NCBI GenBank assembly: GCA_037443245.1
Contig: JBBIOT010000001.1
Coordinates: 436,572 to 500,571, forward strand
Direction: 5' to 3'
From: Caldimicrobium sp.
GTDB taxonomy: Bacteria; Desulfobacterota; Thermodesulfobacteria; Thermodesulfobacteriales; Thermodesulfobacteriaceae
DNA: 64,000 nucleotides
A program made the translations under genes and the position numbers. Under the pieces are notes generated by a model. It did not search any database, was not told the origin of the DNA, and worked only from the letters and a program-made list of their open reading frames with translations. Of this stretch, positions 20,060 to 28,143 are shown piece after piece. Position 1 is the first letter of the stretch. Every line of letters starts with the position of its first letter.

Positions 20060-20302
20060 CTATAATATACTAAAAAGTGTAGATAGTTTTTCAAGAGCAA
20101 TTTGCCATAAGGCTGGGGCAAGGATTGAATTTTGACTTCCCTAATCCTTTTTGGAAATTTTTTGTCTTCTTGGATAAATCTTCTCTTTAAAACAACCTGT
20201 CTATATGATTCTCTTTCTTCATTTTCAGGGCTTAATTCTGAGCCATGATCTTCGGAAGCTTATGTATAAAACATCTGCGTCTTCATCATAGTCTATCCAC
20301 AT
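20060..20302 (-). pseudogene. frameshifted second DUF2283-like gene
   Basis: Hand translation MWIDYDEDADVLYISFRR parallels KVWYDEEMDILYVSFKEG of the intact neighbour. The frame then breaks, and the continuation is readable only in another frame. Confidence 0.3.
20061..20094 (-). promoter_or_regulatory. possible promoter of the helicase-MNT-methyltransferase operon
   Basis: On the minus strand, TTGAAA is followed 16-19 nt later by a TAGTATATT region. GGAGAA SD sits before the ATG at 20017. Weak match. Confidence 0.25.
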
Positions 20303-20388
20303 CTTTTTCTGAGGAAGCTTCATCATCTACCTCTATTTTACTGTGCCTGTAAATTTTTTCTCCATATGTAGTCTTAAAGGATTTGTTA

Positions 20389-20616
20389 TCATGCACCCTT
20401 TACCGCTTCTTTTAATTGAGATGCTAACGATTTGGCAACCATTTTTGTGACATTATGAATTTCAACTCCTAAGATTTCTCTCTCTTTCCCATACTCAACC
20501 CGCACATCTTCTTCTATTTCTTCCGAATCAAGCGCAGGTCCTTCTTTAAAGGAAACATAAAGTATATCCATTTCCTCATCGTACCATACTTTTATTTTAT
20601 TCTGAGCCACTTCCAT
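20389..20616 (-). CDS. DUF2283-family protein (antitoxin-type partner of DUF4258)
   Basis: 75 aa. KVWYDEEMDILYVSFKEGP...ILGVEIHNV matches the DUF2283 pattern as I recall it. Confidence 0.7.
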   Translation of the reverse strand: MEVAQNKIKVWYDEEMDILYVSFKEGPALDSEEIEEDVRVEYGKEREILGVEIHNVTKMVAKSLASQLKEAVKGA

Positions 20617-20879
20617 CCCTCCTTTCTTTTGATTTCTCTCTCTATATTCTTACAAGGATAAACAGTTATTATTATTTTTGTTGAATCATTTTTTCTTATG
20701 GATCACAATTAAACTTGTTGTTATTTTTCAGCCTCAATTTTTCCAATAGAAACGAAACTTTTTGAAACAATATCATAAAATATAAGCTCAGCATTTTTAA
20801 GAACTTTCTTTATATCTTCAAGATTAATTCTCCTTTCTTCTATTTTAAGCTTTGCATGTTTAGAAAATTTAATTTTCAT
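20592..20879 (-). pseudogene. DUF4258-type toxin gene with three in-frame stops
   Basis: MKIKFSKHAKLKIEERRINLEDIKKVLKNAELIFYD...GKIEAEK, then TAA-QQV-TAA-L-TGA, then SIRKNDSTKIIITVYPCKN in the same frame. The start overlaps the hsdS stop (ATGA) and the end overlaps the DUF2283 start. Confidence 0.55.
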
Positions 20880-21625
20880 ATCTCCCTAATCCTTATTTTG
20901 CCAAAAACAAGTTTTGGAAGTAATTCATCCCTTATCTTTCGTAAAAGCATAATTTGTTTTTGATTGAGGATGATTTTTTTGAAAAGCGGTTCAACGAGGG
21001 AGTGAAATTGGTGGAGGATGGAGGGAGGGGGAATAGGGATTAGATAATTTTCTCTGAAGTTTTTTATATCAAATCTCCAAACTCCAGTACCCGTATGATA
21101 TGTTTGGGCTAAGTCTTCTTGATAAATCCTAAATATCAAGTAAATTAATGTTTTGTAATCCTCATTTTCAGGACATATCTTCGTTATATGATGGGAATAA
21201 ACTCCTAAATCTTTGTTATAGCCATCTGGGAAAATCACAAACGCAGGAGAAGCTAATAACCTCCCCGATTTAGTCTGTTCTGTATTTGCAAATATTAAGT
21301 CTCTTTCCTTAACAAAATGTTTTTCCTTTAGCCGATTACTTTTTATCCAAGTAAATTCTGTCTTGAAACCTCCACCTTCTTTGATGTTATTTAGAGTGAT
21401 GAAAACATAAGAGTTATCCACTGAATCCCTAAATTTTTCACTTCCTTTATAGGATAAACCATTAATAAATTCTGCAACCTCCCCAATCGCTTTTACCTCC
21501 CACCCCTTTGGTATCTCCTTTCCCAGCTCCTCGTGATAGACAAACTCACCATCTTTAAATGGTTCAAAATCAACAAACCAGTTTTTAAAAATTGCCATTG
21601 CGGTTTTTTCCAAAATCTCATTCTG

Positions 21626-21632
21626 TTTTTTT
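21626..21632. repeat. T7/A7 homopolymer at the second hsdS frameshift
   Basis: The coding strand reads AAG AAAAAAA CAG. Loss of one A would join IENKKK to QNEILEKTAMAIF. Confidence 0.7.
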
Positions 21633-22033
21633 CTTGTTTTCTATCAATTCGTCAAACCAGGATAAAACTGTAGCAATGCGGGATTGTTCAGAAGGGAGAG
21701 GAACAACAAGTGGAAAATTAGAGACTACTTTTGCATTTGTATTTTTTCTTGTAGAGCCTTCTCCTATTGAATTAATGTATTCTTGCATCTGATGAGACGA
21801 CAAAAAATAAAAAGTCCATTTATTTTGTATATTATTTACTTTTTCAAACTTTAAAAGATAAGAACCAAAAACGAGCGGTTTATCTAATAATTGAAGGGTT
21901 TTATAATCAATGTATCCCACTGTTCCAACATTGGCAATTCTGCTTATAACCAGATCATCAGGTTGCAATAAAAATTTTTCTATTTGCTCATTCTCTATGT
22001 CTGCATAAGGAATATTTTCCATAAGAACATAAC

Positions 22034-22040
22034 TTTTTTT
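22034..22040. repeat. T7/A7 homopolymer at the first hsdS frameshift
   Basis: The coding strand reads CTT AAAAAAA GTT. Gain of one A would join RFLRQTDLKK to SYVLMENIPY. Confidence 0.7.
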
Positions 22041-22197
22041 AAGTCCGTTTGTCTCAGAAATCTGCAATTGCCATAATTAGAGGAGGCTACTGTTATTCCG
22101 TACTTAAGATTATAATATTTTCCTATCTCGCTCACTTCCCAATCCCTCGGTATCTCTCCGATTTCCGTCTCTTTAAATTCCGTTTCCCACCTAAGTT

Positions 22198-22350
22198 TCA
22201 TTTCAACTTCAATTTTTCCTCTTCTATATTAAGTTTCTTTAAAATGAAAATTTTTACCTTTGCTGCAGAATTAAAAGCTTCCTTTGCTCCATCAGTCTTA
22301 TAATCATTCAATGCTTTAATAAACCAATTTTTGGTCTCTTTATCTATCAT
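22198..22350 (-). pseudogene. HEPN gene remnant (50-codon mini-ORF)
   Basis: MIDKETKNWFIKALNDYKTDGAKEAFNSAAKVKIFILKKLNIEEEKLKLK. This is an N-terminal helix fused to a C-terminal tail, with no Rx4-6H motif. ATGA overlaps on both sides. Confidence 0.4.
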
Positions 22351-22664
22351 AAAATTATCCCTTCTTTTATAGCTGTTTTAATAACACTACCAATTACTTT
22401 TTCTCTCTCCTTTACTTCTTTCTCCGACTTTATTAAAACATCGCATGATATAAATTCATCTGCCAACCTTTTTCTGATAAGATACGAAAGTTTCGACTTT
22501 TCTTTCCTTGAAAGTTCATCCTTAACAACAACGAGGAAATCCCAATCGCTTCTTTTTCTATAATCACCTCTTGCCCTTGAACCAAAAAGAATTATTTTGA
22601 CAATATCTATATTTCGCTCTTTAAAAATTTTGTGTATTATCTCTTTGATTTAAGTTTCTTGCAT
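22347..22664 (-). pseudogene. MNT nucleotidyltransferase with a nonsense codon at codon 5
   Basis: MQET-TAA-IKEIIHKIFKERNIDIVKIILFGSRARGDYRKRSDWDFLVVV... There is no ATG/GTG/TTG between the stop and the GS motif. It is a paralogue of the intact MNT at 16413-16751. Confidence 0.6.
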
Positions 22665-22667
22665 TTT

Positions 22668-23292
22668 TTATACCTCCCATCCCAATGCCTTAAAAACTTC
22701 TTTCACCCGCTCTGTAAGTTCTTTTTCTTCCTTTAAAAGTCTTGCCATCTCTTCGGAATAGGCCTTCATCTTTTCCTCAAATTACCTTATATCTCCTTCG
22801 GCACCTCTTATGGCAAGATTCATTTTGCACATCTTCCAAACAAATTCCTTTGATTCCTGTCCATAGATTGAAAGACGAAATATATCAATCCCTTCTCTTT
22901 CCAGTTTTTCAATGGCAGAGACAAAAAATCCACCACTCCCGCACGCAGGGTCAAATATCCTTCCCTCTTTCACATCCAGAACTTCAACAATAAGCTTTGT
23001 TAAACATCTTGGCGTGTAAAATTCGCCTCCCTTTTTGCCTTCTGCTTCTGTGAATTTCCCAAGGAAATACTCATAAATCCTTCCAAAAATGTCTTTTCCT
23101 CTATGTCCATCTCCAAACTGGATTTCTGAAAAAAGATTTATCAGGTATGCAAGATCAAAATGGTCAAGGTTAATTTTAGTGTATATCTTTCTTATACTCA
23201 TGCACTTCAACTTTTTTTCTCAATTTATCCGCAGCTTTCCAGAGTTTATCTTCAAAAGTTATATCCTTTTCTTTCATAATGATGCGTCCCAT
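22668..23292 (-). pseudogene. hsdM: type I R-M methyltransferase remnant
   Basis: The N-terminal piece KLWKAADKLRKKVEVHEYK is followed by a frameshift or deletion. Next come IYEYFLGKF...GGEFYTP...FDPACGSGGF...NLAIRGAEGDIR-TAA. The in-frame C-terminal tail is FEEKMKAYSEEMARLLKEEKELTERVKEVFKALGWEV. The NPPF catalytic region is missing. Total about 0.6 kb, against an expected 1.5 kb. Confidence 0.7.
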
Positions 23293-23362
23293 AAGCAAGC
23301 CTTTTGAGTTATATAATATCAGAATCCTACAAAGTCAACAATTCTCTTGGGTTAAAACAATT

Positions 23363-24565
23363 TTACCCTCCCACCACACTACCAAGCTGGAAGATTGGGA
23401 GATAGAGGGCTACTAAGATTCCACCAATGATCACACCTAAGAAGATTAAAAGAATGGGTTCAATCAAAGTAGAAATAGTTTGCACCGTTCTATCTACTTC
23501 TTCTTCATAAAAATCCGCTACTTTAAAGAGCATTTCATCAACCCTTCCTGACATTTCCCCAACCCTTACCATTTCCACTACCATATAAGGAAAAACTCCA
23601 GTAAAAAACATAGGGTCTGACATAGGTTGACCAGCTATGACGCTTAAGCGAACATCTTCCAAGGCCTTTTCTATCACCTTATTACCCGAAGTTTCAGCCG
23701 CTATCAAAATGGCCTGAAGTAAAGGAACTCCAGCATTGATCAATGTACCTAAAGTCCGAGCCATCCTTGAAATAGCGGTCTTCAGAAAAAGTTCCCCGAA
23801 GAGGGGAATTTTTAATAAAAGGCGGTCTGTCTCCAGGATACCCTTTTCAGTTTTACGAATGGATTTTATGGAAAAAATTAAAACCAAAAGGATCCCCAAT
23901 AAGCCTAAAAAAACATATTTAAAATTATGACTTAGGCTGAGTAAAATTTGGGTGGGTAAAGGAAGAGCTTGTCCAGCTTCCGCAAAAAGTTGAGCAAATT
24001 TGGGGATGACAAAGATCATCAATATACTTATTACTAGGATAGTTACAAAAATGATCAGGGAAGGATAGATCATGGCGTGTTTAACTTTAGCCTTTAGGGC
24101 TACAATCTTTTCCAAATAAAGGGCTAACCGCTGTAAAACACTATCAAGATTGCCCGAGGCTTCGGCAGACCTTACCAGATAAATATAAAGCCGGTTGAAG
24201 ACCTTAGGATACTCGGCTAAGGCATCACTCAGGGAACTCCCCGCCTCTATTTTTAATTTGATTTCCTCCAGGACTTGCCGAAAATAAGGATTTTTAGTCT
24301 GTATGGTTAAAACTTCTAAACTTTTGACAATGGGCAAGCCAGCGGCAAGCACGGTGGCAAATTGCCGTGTAAAGAGCATAAGCTCTTTATCAGAAATTCT
24401 CTTTAAAGTAATTAAAGGAGGTCTTTCTTTTTGAAGTTTTATTTCAAGAGGTTGGATGTTGAGTCTACGAAGGTGAAACTCAACTATTTGGGGACTTGGG
24501 GCCTCCAAAACTCCACTTCTAAGCTCACCGGAAGAAGATTTACCTTTCCATTTATAAAAGGGCAT
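23363..24565 (-). CDS. pilC: type IV pilus assembly / type II secretion platform protein (PilC/GspF family)
   Basis: 400 aa with a duplicated GspF-type domain and three TM segments. Typical N-terminus YKWKGKSSSGE. Confidence 0.85.
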   Translation of the reverse strand: MPFYKWKGKSSSGELRSGVLEAPSPQIVEFHLRRLNIQPLEIKLQKERPPLITLKRISDKELMLFTRQFATVLAAGLPIVKSLEVLTIQTKNPYFRQVLEEIKLKIEAGSSLSDALAEYPKVFNRLYIYLVRSAEASGNLDSVLQRLALYLEKIVALKAKVKHAMIYPSLIIFVTILVISILMIFVIPKFAQLFAEAGQALPLPTQILLSLSHNFKYVFLGLLGILLVLIFSIKSIRKTEKGILETDRLLLKIPLFGELFLKTAISRMARTLGTLINAGVPLLQAILIAAETSGNKVIEKALEDVRLSVIAGQPMSDPMFFTGVFPYMVVEMVRVGEMSGRVDEMLFKVADFYEEEVDRTVQTISTLIEPILLIFLGVIIGGILVALYLPIFQLGSVVGG

Positions 24566-24569
24566 TACA

Positions 24570-26039
24570 TTATTTGCCTATCCAATAATTTGGAGCTTCG
24601 CGAAGGATGGTTACGTCATGCACATGGCTTTCCCGATATCCAGCGGGAGTTATCCGGATAAATTTAGCCTTTTTACGAAGTTCTTGAATGTTGGCACATC
24701 CACAATAGCCCATTCCAGATTTAAGACCGCCGATAAGCTGATAAATAATTTGGGCTACTGGTCCTCGGTATGGGACCCTTCCCTCTACCCCTTCGGGTAC
24801 AAATTTTGATATATCTTCAGCCTCTTGACCATAACGTTCCCTTGCCCCACTTTTAAACATAGCCGATAAAGAGCCCATTCCCCGATAAAGTTTATAGGTT
24901 CTACCTTCGTAAAGTATTACCTCTCCTGGGGCTTCTTCGGTACCAGCAAAAAGGTTACCAATCATTACAGCCCATGCTCCCGCAGCAATAGCCTTAGTTA
25001 TATCACCCGAAAATCTTATCCCTCCGTCAGCGATAATTGGGATACCATACTTATCAGCTACCTTAGCGGCATTATGGATGGCTGTGAGTTGGGGAACCCC
25101 TGCTCCTGCAACAATCCGGGTGGTACAAATAGATCCTGGACCAACTCCAACTTTTACCCCATCTGCTCCAGCCTTAAGTAGGGCCTCACAACCTTCAGAT
25201 GTGGCGATGTTGCCTGCTATTATTTGGCAATCCGGGAAATGATACTTTATTTCCCTAATGGTTTCAATAACGTTTTTACTATGTCCATGAGCAGAATCAA
25301 TAAAAAGTACGTCCGCTCCAGCCTTAAGTAAGGCCTCCGCCTGTTCAAGCCGGTTCTTACCAACTCCAATGGCTGCTCCAACCCTTAACCTTCCCAATTC
25401 ATCCTTACAAGCATTGGGATATTTTTTAATCTTTTCTATATCTTTAATGGTAATCAGTCCTTTTAAACAAAAATTCTCATCCACTATTAGAAGTTTTTCA
25501 ATCCTTCTTTCATGGAGAATTTTAATCGCTTCATCAAGAGTAATTCCTGGTTTAGCAGTTACTAAATTCTCTTTGGTCATTACCTCTTTGACTGGGCGAT
25601 CAAGCTGAGTTTCAAACCGAAGGTCGCGGTTAGTAACAATACCTACAAGTTTTTTCTCCGGACCTTCCACTACCGGAATACCGGAAATTTTATACTCATC
25701 CATGAGATTTAAGACTTTACGAATTGGTGTTTCCGGATCAACCGTTACAGGGTCATAAATCATCCCACTTTCCGATTTTTTGACCTTTTCTACTTCACGA
25801 ACCTGTTCTTCAAGGGATATATTCCGATGGATTACGCCAAGACCACCCTCCCGGGCTAAAGCAATAGCCATCCGGCTTTCCGTAACCGTATCCATAGCCG
25901 CTGAAATTAACGGTATGTTAAGCTTAATCTTCGGGGTGATGTAGGTGGAAACATCTACATCCTTCGGCAAAATCTCAGAATAGGAGGGAGCAAGCAAAAC
26001 GTCATCAAAGGTCAAACCTTCTTGAATAATCTCTAACAT
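24570..26039 (-). CDS. guaB: IMP dehydrogenase
   Basis: LTFDDVLL N-terminus, CBS pair, catalytic GPGSICTTR loop, GGIRFSGD. I prefer the ATG at 26039 ([15 protein letters not shown]) over the track start at 26084, which overlaps the upstream gene. Confidence 0.92.
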   Translation of the reverse strand: MLEIIQEGLTFDDVLLAPSYSEILPKDVDVSTYITPKIKLNIPLISAAMDTVTESRMAIALAREGGLGVIHRNISLEEQVREVEKVKKSESGMIYDPVTVDPETPIRKVLNLMDEYKISGIPVVEGPEKKLVGIVTNRDLRFETQLDRPVKEVMTKENLVTAKPGITLDEAIKILHERRIEKLLIVDENFCLKGLITIKDIEKIKKYPNACKDELGRLRVGAAIGVGKNRLEQAEALLKAGADVLFIDSAHGHSKNVIETIREIKYHFPDCQIIAGNIATSEGCEALLKAGADGVKVGVGPGSICTTRIVAGAGVPQLTAIHNAAKVADKYGIPIIADGGIRFSGDITKAIAAGAWAVMIGNLFAGTEEAPGEVILYEGRTYKLYRGMGSLSAMFKSGARERYGQEAEDISKFVPEGVEGRVPYRGPVAQIIYQLIGGLKSGMGYCGCANIQELRKKAKFIRITPAGYRESHVHDVTILREAPNYWIGK

Positions 26040-26071
26040 AGACCTCCGTCCTAATTTTTTTGCCCTATATT

Positions 26072-27262
26072 TTACAATCCCCAAAAGGAAAGTAAAGTGG
26101 CCTCAAGGATGCCAAATTCACTGATAATAACTTCAGATAAGGAAAAATAATTTAAAAGTTCAAGATATATGGCTAAAGCTGGAATTAAAAGGTCTTCCCG
26201 TCCTCTCTCCATGCCTTTTAGTTTAGCTAGTTGAGAATAGGTCAAACCTATCACTCTTTCGGAGAGCTTTATTAACCTATCCCAGGTTAAACGATGCCCA
26301 TGAAGAAGATCAAAATCAAAGTCCTTGAGCTTCAAATCTATGGCCCCTAAAAGGGAGGCTGAGCCACCAGTGACAATCATAAAGGGACTTGCCCTAAAAG
26401 ATAGCTCCTTAGTTCTTTCCCTCACATATTCTCTTAAGGACTGAAAGACCCGTGAAGTAATGGGATATTTTAGCTTAAATAAATCCCGCAGGAAAACTAC
26501 TCCCAAATCTAAGCTGAAAATTTCTGGAGTCCCATCTTTTTTATAATTTATGATCTCCGTTGATCCTCCACCTACATCCACCACCAAAAAATGATCCAAG
26601 TTCAAACCTAAGATCTTCAAACCAAACTCAACACCTTTGAGGGTAAGCTTAGCCTCTTCCTCAGGACTTAGTATCCGGATGGAAATCCCTAATTTTTCTT
26701 CTACTTCCCTTAGAAAGCTTTCTCCATTCTTGGCCTGTCTAAAAACAGCTGTTCCTACTGCGTTAATCCTTTTAACCTCATATTTGTTCAGGAAGGATTT
26801 GAATTTTCCCAGGGCTGTTAAGCCTCTTTTAATAGCTTCCTCTCCCAAAAAACCTCTATCCTTAAGATTTTCACCAAGCCTCACGTTCTCTCGGCCGCGC
26901 CAAAGAAACAACGGTTGACCGTTAAAAAATTTTCCTAAAATAAGCCTAAAGGTTTGCGTCCCAAGATCAAGCCCAGCCTCAAAGGGAGTATTTAACCTCT
27001 CTAAAAGCTCTTTACTATTCTTAAATAGGACCCTCCTTTTCTCCTTGATAAAGTATTTCTGTTGATTCTTGGGATTAAAAAACCAAGCCCCCTTTCCTAC
27101 TCTAGGCTCCAAAATCCCAAAACCGCGGAGCTCTATGGCCTGGCCATTTTGAAGAGCCTCAATTAAGACCTCAAAAAAAGCTTCAATCAACTCTAAGATA
27201 ATATCATCATCTACATCAGGAAAGGATTTTTTTAAGATCTTAGCTAAATCTTTTTTCGTCAT
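26072..27262 (-). CDS. HU/IHF-like DNA-binding domain fused to Ppx/GppA-family phosphatase
   Basis: 396 aa. Residues 1-90 look like HU/IHF ([10 protein letters not shown]...FNPKN...[11 protein letters not shown]). The remainder has ASKHA/Ppx motifs [19 protein letters not shown] and VDVGGGSTE. Confidence 0.75.
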   Translation of the reverse strand: MTKKDLAKILKKSFPDVDDDIILELIEAFFEVLIEALQNGQAIELRGFGILEPRVGKGAWFFNPKNQQKYFIKEKRRVLFKNSKELLERLNTPFEAGLDLGTQTFRLILGKFFNGQPLFLWRGRENVRLGENLKDRGFLGEEAIKRGLTALGKFKSFLNKYEVKRINAVGTAVFRQAKNGESFLREVEEKLGISIRILSPEEEAKLTLKGVEFGLKILGLNLDHFLVVDVGGGSTEIINYKKDGTPEIFSLDLGVVFLRDLFKLKYPITSRVFQSLREYVRERTKELSFRASPFMIVTGGSASLLGAIDLKLKDFDFDLLHGHRLTWDRLIKLSERVIGLTYSQLAKLKGMERGREDLLIPALAIYLELLNYFSLSEVIISEFGILEATLLSFWGL

Positions 27263-27267
27263 CTCAG

Positions 27268-28143
27268 CTATTTCATGAGAAAAAAGGGTTGGTACGACAA
27301 GCTTTCTAACAGTTTTTCCAACCTAAGAGAACTTTTTTCTTCTAACAGCCTTTCCCAAAAACTTTTCTTTCGGGGTAAAGAAATCACTCCTATCTCTTTT
27401 AATCCTAACCTTTTCTTTAATTCCTCAAGAGCGGTATGGTAATTCCCTAACTCATCAATTAGTCCTAACTTTTTAGCTTCCTCTCCGGTATAGATTCTAC
27501 CATCCGCCAAGACCTCTACTTTTTCTATGGGAAGGGACCGTTCCATAGCCACAACCTTGATAAACTGTTGATGAAGCTGCTTAACCTTGTCTTCCAAATA
27601 TTGTCGTTCTTTAGGGGTTAAACTCCTAAAGATCGTACCCGTATCCTTGTATTCCCCACTTTTGATTACTTCTCCCTTGATCCCCAGTTTATCTAAAAGC
27701 TTTTCCAGATTTGGGATTTCAATTAATACTCCTATACTACCCGTGATGGTGCCAGGATTGGCAAAAATCTTTTCACCTGCCAAGGCTAAATAATATCCTC
27801 CCGATGCAGAAATACCACCCATAGAGACATAAACAGGCTTTAACTTTCTTAACTTTTTTAATTCTTCATATACCTCCTGGGTTGGACCAATAGCCCCGCC
27901 AGGGGAATCAATACGCACTAAAACTCCCTTTATATCACTACGACTCATAAATTCTTTCACAGCCGAAAGATATTCCTCCGCCTCCACAATCAATCCCTTA
28001 ACCTCTAAGATCCCTATCTTTGGCTTGCCGTAATCAAAAGATTTTATCAGGGGAAGTAAAGCTAAAAGAAGGAATAGAACAAGAATAAAGAAAACTATCC
28101 CACCTAAAAAGGTTAAAAACCTTGTAAACCATCCCCTTTTCAT
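27268..28143 (-). CDS. sppA: signal peptide peptidase SppA (36K type)
   Basis: 291 aa. N-terminal TM, ClpP/crotonase fold, SPGG and catalytic-Ser region ASGGYY. Confidence 0.85.
   Translation of the reverse strand: MKRGWFTRFLTFLGGIVFFILVLFLLLALLPLIKSFDYGKPKIGILEVKGLIVEAEEYLSAVKEFMSRSDIKGVLVRIDSPGGAIGPTQEVYEELKKLRKLKPVYVSMGGISASGGYYLALAGEKIFANPGTITGSIGVLIEIPNLEKLLDKLGIKGEVIKSGEYKDTGTIFRSLTPKERQYLEDKVKQLHQQFIKVVAMERSLPIEKVEVLADGRIYTGEEAKKLGLIDELGNYHTALEELKKRLGLKEIGVISLPRKKSFWERLLEEKSSLRLEKLLESLSYQPFFLMK

Larger units (their letters stand above)
20876..22201 (-). pseudogene. hsdS: type I R-M specificity subunit, split into three ORFs by two frameshifts
   Basis: ORFs 22201-21995, 22067-21618 and 21613-20876 read colinearly as an HsdS. 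They give N-terminal EIGEIPRDWEV...RFLRQTDL, TRD1, a central conserved SEQSRIATVLSWFDELIENKKK/QNEILEKTAMAIFKNWF region, and TRD2 ending QKQIMLLRKIRDELLPKL. Confidence 0.75.
12700..23340. other. AT-rich accessory (defence) island
   Basis: By eye this span is markedly more A/T-rich, with more AAA/TTT-rich codons, than both flanks. Its content is exclusively R-M, helicase-nuclease and toxin-antitoxin genes, many of them decayed. Boundaries are approximate. Confidence 0.6.
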
